From: Granulicella sp.
GTDB taxonomy: Bacteria; Acidobacteriota; Terriglobia; Terriglobales; Acidobacteriaceae
Reading direction: 5' to 3'
Length of the DNA stretch: 64,000 nucleotides
Assembly: GCA_965198545.1 (NCBI GenBank)
Contig: CBDAPS010000003.1
Coordinates: forward strand, 103,255 to 167,254
Under the pieces are notes generated by a model. It was not told the DNA's origin. It searched no databases and saw nothing but the letters and a program-made list of their open reading frames with translations. The translations under genes were made by a program, and so were the position numbers. Of the stretch, positions 1 to 8,687 are shown one piece after another (positions within the stretch are counted from its first letter, which is position 1; every line of letters begins with the position of its first letter).

Positions 1-431
1 TCGCCAACGCAGGAGTGTTGGGGGTCGGAATCGCCTCCAGTCTTGTTGCGCTCGATCTGTTCAGCAACCCGAAGTACATGTCACTGATGAGCGGCGGTCC
101 GTCGCATGCGCTTGGATTGATCTTCTTCGATCTGCATGACCGCCTCTCCCTGATGGGTTTGATCTTCTTCTGCTTCGGAGCAGGGATTCACAGCTGGTTG
201 TTGTATCGAGCAAGGTACATTCCAAGAATTATCTCGGGGCTCTATCTCTTCGCCTGCGTAGAGATGCTTCTTTGCTGCTTTCTCTTCGTTCTCTTCCCAG
301 GAACCCGGGGCGTGCTCGACCCTGCGTTTCTCGTGCCGGACGTTCTTGCCGAGTTCTCTGCCGCACTTTGGCTAGCGCTGAAGGGAGCGACACTGCCTAT
401 ATCAAATGAACAGCGCGCCTTGTCCACGTGA
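1..431 (+). CDS. DUF4386-like integral membrane protein (5'-truncated by the window edge)
   Basis: Several hydrophobic helices; LLYRARYIPRIIS and E-x4-LWLALKG C-terminal pattern typical of DUF4386; the frame appears to continue upstream of the window. Confidence 0.55.
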   Translation, partial: ANAGVLGVGIASSLVALDLFSNPKYMSLMSGGPSHALGLIFFDLHDRLSLMGLIFFCFGAGIHSWLLYRARYIPRIISGLYLFACVEMLLCCFLFVLFPGTRGVLDPAFLVPDVLAEFSAALWLALKGATLPISNEQRALST

Positions 432-517
432 TCGGGCGGATAGGTAACGGGAAGTAGACTTTCATCCGTCATCCGCCGTCCACGCCCGATGACAATACCC
501 TACGTATACTCTCCACC

Positions 518-1240
518 ATGCGAACTCTCGCACCGGCCCTCGCGCTCATCGTCCTAGTTTGCGGCTCCCTCTCGCTTTCTTCCCAGACCCAGCCTTCGCC
601 GCGCTACGAGATCCGTACAAACCACGATCCTAACGGCACGGGCACCTTCTACATGGGTAGAGAAATAGCCCAGGTGATGGGCCCCGGAGGCATAGAGTGG
701 CTGGACCGCGCCCAGAGAGACACCGAAGAGCACCCCGCCCAGGTGCTTGACGCCTTGCAGCTTCACTCCGGCGAGGTCGTCGCCGATCTCGGAGCGGGCT
801 CCGGCTACTTCACCTTTCGTATGGCTCCCAAAGTCGGGGAGACCGGCAAGGTGCTGGCTGTCGATGTGCAGGACGAAATGCTGCAGACGCTGAAGCAGCG
901 TGCCGCCGCCAAGAAAATCGCAAATGTGCAGGTCATCAAGGCGAGTGAAACCGATCCGCACCTGCCTGCCGGAGCGGTCGACCTTGTGCTGATGGTGGAT
1001 GTGTACCACGAACTCGCCTACCCCTACGAAGTCATGCAAAGAGTTCGCGACTCCCTGAAACCGGACGGCCGCGTAGCGTTCGTCGAATACCGGCAGGAAG
1101 ATCCCGCCGTCCCGATCAAAGAAGTCCACAAAATGTCGGTGGCTCAGCTCGAAAAAGAAATGTCAGCCGTGGGTCTAGTTCCCGTGCGCAGAATCGAAAC
1201 GCTGCCACTGCAACACATCCTGATCTTCGGCAAGAGATAG
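518..1240 (+). CDS. Class I SAM-dependent methyltransferase with N-terminal signal peptide
   Basis: Motif I VADLGAGSGYF, VLAVDVQ, DLVLMVDVYHE, LKPDG; hydrophobic N-terminus MRTLAPALALIVLVCGSLSLSS. Confidence 0.85.
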   Translation: MRTLAPALALIVLVCGSLSLSSQTQPSPRYEIRTNHDPNGTGTFYMGREIAQVMGPGGIEWLDRAQRDTEEHPAQVLDALQLHSGEVVADLGAGSGYFTFRMAPKVGETGKVLAVDVQDEMLQTLKQRAAAKKIANVQVIKASETDPHLPAGAVDLVLMVDVYHELAYPYEVMQRVRDSLKPDGRVAFVEYRQEDPAVPIKEVHKMSVAQLEKEMSAVGLVPVRRIETLPLQHILIFGKR

Positions 1241-1479
1241 CGAAGCACGGCAAGTCCGTGTCATTCCCCTGCCCAGCGCATGTGCCTAAGAGCCTAGGCT
1301 GTACCGAGCCTCCACATGTGCCCGCCATTAAGGGCGAACGTCACAGCTTCTTCGTGACGCGAAGTCGAGGACCCGATGCTGCTAACGCACACCGGATGCG
1401 GGCCTGTGCCAGGCTGCGTCGAGTCCGACAACGCCGTTTGTGGTTCCCGATCCATGTGGGAAGCCACTTCAGGCAGCCA

Positions 1480-2076
1480 CTAGCCACCTGAACATTCCGG
1501 AGAAAGCAGTCTGCCAGCGAGAGCTTTGGCAGAGACTTTCGCTTCAGGGATGCCGACGCCCGCCATAGCACCCTCGACGCTGAGTGTGGCGAAGCCGTGG
1601 GCCATGGTCCAGACGGCCAGGGCCAGTTGCTGTGCGGACGTTTGGGAAGGCTCAATTTGCAAGGCTAGGATCGCTGCGACTTCGAATGCCTTCGCGCTTG
1701 ACGCCTGAACCTCTGGATAGTGCGTCTTGTCGATTCCCGACTGGAACATCACTGCGAACAGATCCGGGTGACGCTCCGCAAAGCTGACGTAAGCGAGGTA
1801 AACCGCGAGAAGCTTTTCCCTGGGCGGCGCAACGGTGTCCGCCGCGGCCCGCAACTCCGTCTCCAGGGTACGGTTGCCCAGCCAGACGATCTCGATGAGA
1901 AGCGCCTCCTTATCCTTGAAGTGGTTGTAGGGAGCACTCACGCTTACGCCGGCAGTACGGGACGCTTCGTTCAGCGTGAACCCGCGAGGACCTTTCTCCC
2001 GAACAAGCCGGAGTGCGGCCTCCATCAGGGCGGTCTTCAGATCGCCGTGGTGATAGGACCTTGCTTTCTTTTCCAT
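1480..2076 (-). CDS. TetR/AcrR family regulator (WHG-type C-terminal domain)
   Basis: YHHGDLK...AGVSVSAPYNHFKDKEALL helix-turn-helix; WTMAHG motif; AAAGGA RBS ahead of the ATG at 2076. Confidence 0.9.
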   Translation of the reverse strand: MEKKARSYHHGDLKTALMEAALRLVREKGPRGFTLNEASRTAGVSVSAPYNHFKDKEALLIEIVWLGNRTLETELRAAADTVAPPREKLLAVYLAYVSFAERHPDLFAVMFQSGIDKTHYPEVQASSAKAFEVAAILALQIEPSQTSAQQLALAVWTMAHGFATLSVEGAMAGVGIPEAKVSAKALAGRLLSPECSGG

Positions 2077-2115
2077 CAAGTGCATCCTTTCGGGCGGCTA
2101 AGCGTCTTAGAAGCT

Positions 2116-2134
2116 ATATGAACATCGTTCATAT
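2116..2134. promoter_or_regulatory. Probable TetR operator (ATATGAAC-ATC-GTTCATAT)
   Basis: Perfect 8-bp inverted repeat in the 69-bp spacer between the divergent tetR and ethD-like genes. Confidence 0.65.
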
Positions 2135-2145
2135 GGGAGCTTAGC

Positions 2146-2502
2146 ATGATCAAGATGACCATCCTTCTACGCCGCAAGCCGGAGATGAGCCACGAAGAGT
2201 TCGTGGCCTATCACCGGCATCAACATGCCCCCTTGTTCCGTTCGCTCCCTGAGGTTAAGCAGCACGTGCGGCGCTATGTGCAATGCCACGCCACTGGCGA
2301 GACGTTTCCCGGACTTCCGGACAACCACATCGATGGGTCGACCGAGCTTTGGTTTGACGATCTTGCCGGAATCGCTGGTGTTTTCCAATCTCCCGATTAC
2401 ATGGCGACGATCCGTCCCGATGAGGAGAAGTTCCTGGACTTGCATGCCTGTGAGTTTCTGGTGGGAACCGAACACGAAGTCATTCCTGCAGCGCGTGCTT
2501 AA
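2146..2502 (+). CDS. EthD domain-containing protein
   Basis: RRKPEMSHEEF..YHRHQHAPL, DGSTELWFD, PDEEKFLD pattern; GGGAG RBS. Confidence 0.85.
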   Translation: MIKMTILLRRKPEMSHEEFVAYHRHQHAPLFRSLPEVKQHVRRYVQCHATGETFPGLPDNHIDGSTELWFDDLAGIAGVFQSPDYMATIRPDEEKFLDLHACEFLVGTEHEVIPAARA

Positions 2503-2530
2503 CCATGTTCGTTCGATCGGGGAAAACACC

Positions 2531-3019
2531 ATGATTTTCACCCACGAAGCTTCCATACCGCTCCCTGTGAGTGACATACACCTTGACGAGTGGCTGTTCA
2601 ACCTTTCGGAAAGCGACTACAAGGCTTGTGCCCGGGGCCACCGCGCTGTCGGTAGCAATGGCGGAGAGCACTTCGAGGGCATGGTCAACGTCGAGTCGAT
2701 GGCTGGAGCTCTGATCATCCAGCACTACAAAACAGAAGTGCTGGAGGCAAATCATGTGCGTCTCTTCTCGAAGAGAAGCCGGGCCTACCTGATGCACCTC
2801 CTGCCCTTTTATCTACAGGTCGGTTGGGAGATGCAGGTGTCCAGCGTATCGGCGAACGAATCGAGATTGCGCTGCACGATCGACGTACGAAATCCACTCT
2901 GGGTTCGCTTCGTTGGATTCTTCAATGCTACCAACTACTGGATTCGCCAACACCTGATCGAAGAGACACAGGGCTTTGCCCGCGATCTGAGCCGCAAAGG
3001 ATCTCATCGCGTTGCATAG
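2531..3019 (+). CDS. Hypothetical protein (possible SRPBCC/START-like fold)
   Basis: ATG at 2531 with GGGGA RBS, co-oriented 28 bp after ethD; C-terminal HLIEETQGFA helix. The upstream part of the 264-aa track ORF overlaps ethD and is discounted. Confidence 0.6.
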   Translation: MIFTHEASIPLPVSDIHLDEWLFNLSESDYKACARGHRAVGSNGGEHFEGMVNVESMAGALIIQHYKTEVLEANHVRLFSKRSRAYLMHLLPFYLQVGWEMQVSSVSANESRLRCTIDVRNPLWVRFVGFFNATNYWIRQHLIEETQGFARDLSRKGSHRVA

Positions 3020-3124
3020 GAGGGCTACAGAGGTTCGTTTCGCCGAGCCAGCTTATCGCCAGTGATCTCGCTCGCCAAAACTGTCAGGCAACGCTGTGGA
3101 GTTGCCGCGGAATCGTCGTAGAGC

Positions 3125-5164
3125 TCAGGGGAGCTTTTTCAGGTTGTTCTGGGCGGCGGCGTTGGCGGGGTCGAGCTGGAGGGCGTGGTTGAAGGCGGCG
3201 CGGGCTTCGGTGAAGTGGCCGGCCCGGGCTTCCATAGCGCCCAAGTCGTTCCAATCGTCGGGGGTGTTGGGGGAGAGTTCGAGAACCCGGCGCTGATGGA
3301 GGAGGGCTTCGGCGGGCTGGCCTGCGGCGCTTAGTACCTGCGCAAGGGCACGCTGGGCGTCGGGCTGCTGGGGGGTTAGTCTGGCCCAGGCGTTTAGTTC
3401 GGTGAGAGTCCTGGGGACGTCGCCGTCGGCGGTGTAGGCCATGGCGAGCAGACGATGGGCGTCGGGGTCGCTTGGAGTTTTCGCGATGAGGCGGTGGAGG
3501 AGGGGCTCGGCGGAGACGGTGTCGCCCGCACGAACGTATAGCTGGGCGAGGTCAAAGGTGGCGTCGGCGTTGTTGGGGTCGACGGCCAGGGCGGCTTTGT
3601 ATTGCTTTGTTGCGGCGGTGGGGTCGCCTGAGGTTTCGAGGGCGGAGCCCAGTGCGGTGAGGGCTCGGACGTTGCGTGAGTCCAGGGTAAGGAGGCGCTG
3701 GAAGAGGGCGATGGCTTGCTGCGAGTTCCCTGCCTGCTGGCTTAGCGCGGCGAGGTTGTAGAGAGCGATGGTATCGCTGGGAGACTTGCTGAGGGCGTCT
3801 TCCATCCAGGCTTGTTCGAGCAGGAGGCGTGGGTCTTCTGAATGGTTGTCGTCGCCAGGGTTGGGGTGGGGCAAGACCTGGAGCCAGAGGTGGCTCATCT
3901 CGTCGGTGGCTCGGTTGCCGCCTTGGACTCGGACTGGCGGAGAAGCCGGGTTGTGGATGTTGGCGGCGGAGTTGTCGTAGGTGTAGCGCATGTGCAGGAC
4001 CGTGCCGGCGGGGAGCGCGAGAGGCGTGGCGAGGCGGTAGACGGACTGGCGGTCGATGTCCCAGTTGGGGATGGTGACGAGCGGCTCCGTTTCGCCGCTG
4101 GGGAGCGTGGCCCAGCCCTGCATTTCGCGGCAGAGGTAGTGGGCGTGGGGGTAGAGCGCGAGGACGTCGACAGCGACGGGGAGCCGGAGCTGGTCGGCGA
4201 CGACGAAGTGGGCGTCGTTGGCGGGGATGTCGAGGGCGGCGTCGTGCTCAAGCTGGATGAGCATGGGGTGCTGGGTGGCCGGGGCGGGCGTGAAGTAGAG
4301 GCCGATGCGGGCGCGGATCTGCTCGGGCTTGCCGGTGGGCTTGAGGTGCATGTTGAGGACGAGGTCGTTGCCAGGGTCGAGACGCCAGGGCATGGTAGGC
4401 GGCTCGACGAGGGCGGTGGAGTCGGGCTTCCAGAAGAGGAGATGGCTGTCGGGGTCGAAGGTGTCGCCGGAGTCGATCTGGAGATCCATGCCGGGGACGC
4501 CTTTTTGCCAGTCGCGCGGGTGCTGGGCGCGGAAGCTGCCGGTGCGGTCGAGGATGAGGTTGGCGTGGTGGACGAGGCTCGATCCGCCGCTGGGACCGCC
4601 GGGCTGGATCTCCATGGCGCGGACCCAGCGGGTTTGCTGGACGGCGCCGGGGAGAACGAAGTTGACGAAGAGGTCGGAGCCGGAGGCGGGCTCGGTGACG
4701 GGGGCGGGCATTTCGAGGATAAGGTCGGGCGGGCCCATCTGCCAGTCTTTGCGGTAGGCAGGTGCTTTCGGCTCGGGGCCGATGCCTTCGGGCATGCCGG
4801 ATTTGACCCAGGCGGCGAGGATCTCGATGTCGGAGGCTTTGAGGCGGCGGTCGCCTTCGAAGTGGGCGCTGCCGGTGGGCTCTGGGAGCCAGGGAGGCAT
4901 GTAACGGGAGGAGACTACGTCGGCGATCTGAGTGCCCCAGCGATGGGCGGCGGCGTAGGTGGTGAGGTCGAAGAGACCGGAGCCTCCGGTGTGGTGGCAG
5001 GCGGTGCAGTTGCGGTAGACGATGGGGGCTATCTGGTTGCGCCAGGTGATGGGAGTGGATTGAGCTTGCACTGGAAGTTCGTGGCGGGGCAGGAGGAAAG
5101 CGCTCACGCCAAGTACGCCAAGTGTGCCGCAAAGTACGCGAAGGATTTTGTGGCGAGTGGTCAT
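3125..5164 (-). CDS. Secreted haem c + copper type II (PHM/DBH-like) monooxygenase + TPR protein
   Basis: Signal peptide; CTACH haem-binding motif and MPPW; VHHAN, LNMH, YPHAH and DEM copper-ligand motifs; C-terminal TPR repeats. Confidence 0.75.
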   Translation of the reverse strand: MTTRHKILRVLCGTLGVLGVSAFLLPRHELPVQAQSTPITWRNQIAPIVYRNCTACHHTGGSGLFDLTTYAAAHRWGTQIADVVSSRYMPPWLPEPTGSAHFEGDRRLKASDIEILAAWVKSGMPEGIGPEPKAPAYRKDWQMGPPDLILEMPAPVTEPASGSDLFVNFVLPGAVQQTRWVRAMEIQPGGPSGGSSLVHHANLILDRTGSFRAQHPRDWQKGVPGMDLQIDSGDTFDPDSHLLFWKPDSTALVEPPTMPWRLDPGNDLVLNMHLKPTGKPEQIRARIGLYFTPAPATQHPMLIQLEHDAALDIPANDAHFVVADQLRLPVAVDVLALYPHAHYLCREMQGWATLPSGETEPLVTIPNWDIDRQSVYRLATPLALPAGTVLHMRYTYDNSAANIHNPASPPVRVQGGNRATDEMSHLWLQVLPHPNPGDDNHSEDPRLLLEQAWMEDALSKSPSDTIALYNLAALSQQAGNSQQAIALFQRLLTLDSRNVRALTALGSALETSGDPTAATKQYKAALAVDPNNADATFDLAQLYVRAGDTVSAEPLLHRLIAKTPSDPDAHRLLAMAYTADGDVPRTLTELNAWARLTPQQPDAQRALAQVLSAAGQPAEALLHQRRVLELSPNTPDDWNDLGAMEARAGHFTEARAAFNHALQLDPANAAAQNNLKKLP
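5097..5144 (+). repeat. Dispersed CGCAAAGTACGCCAAG-type repeat, copy 1 (inside a CDS)
   Basis: AAAGCGCTCACGCCAAGTACGCCAAGTGTGCCGCAAAGTACGCGAAGG aligns with copies at 10344, 19401 and 20970. Confidence 0.75.
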
Positions 5165-5736
5165 TTTGCGCGGGGGTTCATGATGGCGCAGCCTACCGGA
5201 GTTCCGCTGGCGGGCGTGGGGGGCTTGTCGGCGAGGATGGCGGCGATGGCGGCTTCGGCGAAGTGCTCGGTGGCGGCGGGGCGCTCCAGACCCAGGCGGA
5301 CGAAGCGGTTGTCGATGCGGCCGGTGTAGGCGGCGCGCCAGCCAGTGGGGCTGGGGATCAGGATGGCGATCTCTGGGGTGACGATCGCGTGGGTCAGGTG
5401 GGCGAGGGCGGCGGTGGGGTCCTGGATTGGATCGCCCGCGCGGTCGAAGGCTTGCTGGTGTTGGGCGATGTCGGTGGGGTGGTCGGTGGGGTTGGGGTAG
5501 ACGTAGTAGAAGCGGACGCCGCGCGGGGTGAATTCCTCACGGAGACGCGTCATCTCGGGGAAGGTGCGGTTGGAGATGGGGCAGTCTGTGGCTACGAAGA
5601 AGAGGACTACCGCGCGGGTGTTGGCTGGGGCGAGTTCGGGGAGGGGCTTGCCGTCGAGGCGGGTGCCCCATTGCTGGGGGCTTGCGTTGGGAGCGAGGAG
5701 AAGGCTCGCGGCGAGGCAGAGGGTCCCGATTCGCAT
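5161..5736 (-). CDS. Secreted redoxin/thioredoxin-fold protein
   Basis: FFVATDCPISNR, TPE, YTGRIDN and C-terminal GC; signal peptide; stop overlaps the next start (ATGA). Confidence 0.8.
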   Translation of the reverse strand: MRIGTLCLAASLLLAPNASPQQWGTRLDGKPLPELAPANTRAVVLFFVATDCPISNRTFPEMTRLREEFTPRGVRFYYVYPNPTDHPTDIAQHQQAFDRAGDPIQDPTAALAHLTHAIVTPEIAILIPSPTGWRAAYTGRIDNRFVRLGLERPAATEHFAEAAIAAILADKPPTPASGTPVGCAIMNPRAK

Positions 5737-5757
5737 GGACCACGATAGCAAAGCGGG

Positions 5758-7272
5758 CTAGTAGTCGGCGGGCTGGTTGTGGACTACCTTTTCTACGAGG
5801 TTGTGGAGGTTGAGGAGGGGCCACGGGGCCGAGACGGTCTGGGGTTGGGACTGGCCGGCGTTGTGGACGATGAGGGCGGGGCGGGGATCGAAGAGGCTGT
5901 GCGAGGCGGTGTCGTCTTCGTCGGTCCAAGCGGATTGCCAGTTCCAGAGATCGACTCGCCAACTGTGGTCGCCTTCGACGATGAGCGTGGTGTCGTTCCA
6001 GCGGGGCGAGGCCTGGAGCTGCCCGAGCAGGTTGCCGAGGACGTGGTCGGCGAGGGCGAGGTTGTCGAGGTAAGAGCTGCCGCAGGCATGGGCGTAGTCG
6101 TCGTCGAGGCGGGACCAGATGTTGGGGCTGTGCGGGACGGCTAGGTGGAGGAAGACGAAGTCGGCCTGATCGGTATGGATGAGTTCGGTGGCGTGCTGAT
6201 CGAGGTCGAGATGGGTCTTGAGGCGCTGGCGGACGTCGTAGTTGCAGACTTCGCGCTCAGCCTGAGCCTGCGAACCGATGCCGCGGAAGAGCTCTTTCAG
6301 CGGCTTGAGGGTGTTGTGGTACAGGCTGTCGCGCTGGGACATCAGACCATCGATGCGGTCGAGGTTCATCCAGTAGCAGTTATCGATAGCGTCGCCGTAG
6401 GTGGTGCAGTAGGGGTTGTACCAGCCGACGGCAGCGGTGCGCCAGCCGGCTGCCTGGGCGTCGTGGAAGACGGTTTGCTGGCCGGTGATCGGGTGCCAGC
6501 CGTGCTGATCGGCGTAGTGAACGAGGAAGCTGTTGTTGAAGCGGAAACGGAAATCGTCGACGGTTTGGCCGGTGAGGAGTGAGGGGATGATCTTCACGGT
6601 CTTGTAGCCGACGGGCTGGACGTCGGTAAAGAGCGTGCTCTGTCTGCGGAGTTCGTCGAAGTTCGGAAGCTCCAGGTCGCGGGCGCGATGCTCGAAGAGC
6701 TGGTCGTAGGAGAGCTCGTCGAAGACCACCCACACCAGGAGCGGATGGTTGCGTGGGGGCTGGGGTGAAGTTTCCCAGGCGGAGGTGCGCTGGTAGGGGC
6801 CGGGCTTCCAGTGGGCCACCCAGAGCATGCCGAGGATGCTGAAGGCGGCGAAGGCGGCGAAGAAGATGCCGGTGGCGTCGCCGACACGGAGGAGACGGCG
6901 GTACCAGAGCGGGAACTCCAGCAGCAGGAGCAGGAGCAGCGCGGCCCAGATGTAGCCGAAGACGGGGATCCAGGCAGTGCCGACTCCGAAGTGCATCAGG
7001 TCTTCCGTGCGCTTGAGGAGGAAGGGTGGAACAACGATGGCAATGAGCAGGCGGACCCAGCCGTAAAAGCGGGTTCGCTGAATGAGGATGACGAGAAGAA
7101 AGATCGCGGCGCCGAGGATGAAAATGCCGGCGATTTGCGCAGCTACGATGCCGCCAAGAGCGAAGGGGACGTGCATGCGAACATCGGCTCCGCCGCCGAG
7201 GAGGTCGCCGTAGTTCATGACGAGGATGAGGGCGGCCAGGCCGATGCACTGGCAGAAGCGCTTGAGCCTCAA
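5758..7272 (-). CDS. Membrane-anchored alkaline-phosphatase-superfamily transferase/hydrolase (LtaS/EptA/NoeB-like)
   Basis: About 5 N-terminal TM helices; VVFDELS, KT..IIPSLLTG (Thr nucleophile position), PHSP and GDH metal motifs; TTG start with GCAGGA RBS overlapping the upstream TGA. Confidence 0.75.
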   Translation of the reverse strand: MRLKRFCQCIGLAALILVMNYGDLLGGGADVRMHVPFALGGIVAAQIAGIFILGAAIFLLVILIQRTRFYGWVRLLIAIVVPPFLLKRTEDLMHFGVGTAWIPVFGYIWAALLLLLLLEFPLWYRRLLRVGDATGIFFAAFAAFSILGMLWVAHWKPGPYQRTSAWETSPQPPRNHPLLVWVVFDELSYDQLFEHRARDLELPNFDELRRQSTLFTDVQPVGYKTVKIIPSLLTGQTVDDFRFRFNNSFLVHYADQHGWHPITGQQTVFHDAQAAGWRTAAVGWYNPYCTTYGDAIDNCYWMNLDRIDGLMSQRDSLYHNTLKPLKELFRGIGSQAQAEREVCNYDVRQRLKTHLDLDQHATELIHTDQADFVFLHLAVPHSPNIWSRLDDDYAHACGSSYLDNLALADHVLGNLLGQLQASPRWNDTTLIVEGDHSWRVDLWNWQSAWTDEDDTASHSLFDPRPALIVHNAGQSQPQTVSAPWPLLNLHNLVEKVVHNQPADY

Positions 7273-8687
7273 GATTTTCCTGCTTCTTCGCTGCTGTGTG
7301 TGCTTTTCTCGAGGAGGAAGAGTGTTCGGCCATTGTCGAGTGGCTGCTGCTCGAGGACATGGAAGCGGCCAATGCAGGCGGAGAGCAGGTCGGACTCGGA
7401 GAGTGAGCCGTAGAGGTCTTCGCGGCCGCGCATGAGGCTTTGATACATGGGGTCTTCGACGGGAACCCACTCGATAACGAGATAACGGTTGGTGAGGCGG
7501 GCGCAGAGAGCCATGATGGCCACGAGCGGAATCTGCTCCATGAGGAGCAGGTGGTGAATGACCGCGAGCATGAGAACGAGGTTGAACTGCCCTTCGAGAC
7601 GACCGAGGAGCGACGTGTACTCCGCGTTGTTCCAGCCGACAGCGGGGGTGGGGCGGGAGATGTCGGCGTGGAGTGTCTGGATGGCTAGCTTGCGGCCACG
7701 GCTCATGTGGAAGAGCTGCTCGGCGGCGGCGGCGTCGCGCTCGAGGGCGATGACTTCGGCTCCTGACGCGGCGGCGAGGGCGCTGTACTCGCCGGTGTTG
7801 GCGCCAATGTCGAGGACGCGGCCTGGCTGGAGGTCGTGAAGGATGCGTTCGAGCCATCGGTGCTTGGTATTGCTGCTGGCTGTCGTGTAGTGGCTGCGGG
7901 TTTCGGTGTAGCCGCTCCACTCGGAAGCGGCGGGCTTGGGCAGCGCGTTGCGGGTTCGGCGGCGGAGGCCGGCGAGCGTGCGGCGGAGGACGTGGAGGGC
8001 GGCTTCGGGTTCGAGCGGGCGGGCCTCTGCGATGGCGGGTGTGGCTGCGCTCCCTTTGCGGCGGTCCAGAACGGCTGGAAGGGTGATGGGCCAGAAAGCG
8101 GCTGGGGAGAGGCGGTGCTTCCAGCCGAGCGCGGTGTAGAGGTCGGTGGGTTCGTAGCCATCGCGGTGGAAAAGGCTGAGCGCGAGCGGCCAGTGGAGCA
8201 GCTTGTTCATCAACAGCGGCAGCAGGAAGGTGCGGATGTACTGGCCGTAGGCGAGCCAGATGGAGACCGAGGGTTTGTGGCGCTCGAAAGAGAGGACGTC
8301 GACGAGGATGGGCCGCGGGCCGATAAAGAGAATGTTGAGGGGCGTAGCGTCCTTGAGAATCCAGCCCTGCGCGAGCCCCTGCTCGCAGAGGTTCAGGGTC
8401 AGCTCCGCGACGGCCAGCCACTGCGACGGGGTCCACTCCCAAGGGTAGGACGGCACGGGTATGCGGGGGTGAAGAAGACGCAGACTGGCGCGGGAGTCGT
8501 CGGACTCGTCGATTACCCAGCCGATGAGGTCGCCGCTGGTTCGCAGAGTCTCCGCAAAGGGAGACTCCAGGAACTCCAGGACCTGCCGGCGCGCCTCGGG
8601 CTGAATGGTGCGAACGGCGTAGTCGCCTTCCAGGACAAGCGATCCGGCAGGATCCCGGAAGGTCGGTGCCGGTGCTTCCCGAATCAT
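7269..8687 (-). CDS. NoeA-like protein: kinase-like N-terminal domain + class I SAM methyltransferase
   Basis: TFRDPAG, SYPWEW, LKDATPLNILF, ILVDVLSF in the N-domain; VLDIGANTGEYS and LAVIHHL in the C-domain; ATG overlaps the upstream stop (ATGA). Confidence 0.8.
   Translation of the reverse strand: MIREAPAPTFRDPAGSLVLEGDYAVRTIQPEARRQVLEFLESPFAETLRTSGDLIGWVIDESDDSRASLRLLHPRIPVPSYPWEWTPSQWLAVAELTLNLCEQGLAQGWILKDATPLNILFIGPRPILVDVLSFERHKPSVSIWLAYGQYIRTFLLPLLMNKLLHWPLALSLFHRDGYEPTDLYTALGWKHRLSPAAFWPITLPAVLDRRKGSAATPAIAEARPLEPEAALHVLRRTLAGLRRRTRNALPKPAASEWSGYTETRSHYTTASSNTKHRWLERILHDLQPGRVLDIGANTGEYSALAAASGAEVIALERDAAAAEQLFHMSRGRKLAIQTLHADISRPTPAVGWNNAEYTSLLGRLEGQFNLVLMLAVIHHLLLMEQIPLVAIMALCARLTNRYLVIEWVPVEDPMYQSLMRGREDLYGSLSESDLLSACIGRFHVLEQQPLDNGRTLFLLEKSTHSSEEAGKS

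Noticed and set aside
3842-5329. 495-aa plus-strand ORF
   Set aside because: V/G/E-rich antisense shadow of the monooxygenase.
5758-7272. Call as a true sulfatase
   Set aside because: Lacks the C/S-x-P-x-R formylglycine motif; Thr sits at the nucleophile position.
7273-8442. N-terminal 390 aa of the 894-aa track ORF
   Set aside because: R/P-rich alternative frame overlapping the noeA-like gene; the real start is the TTG at 7272 with an RBS.
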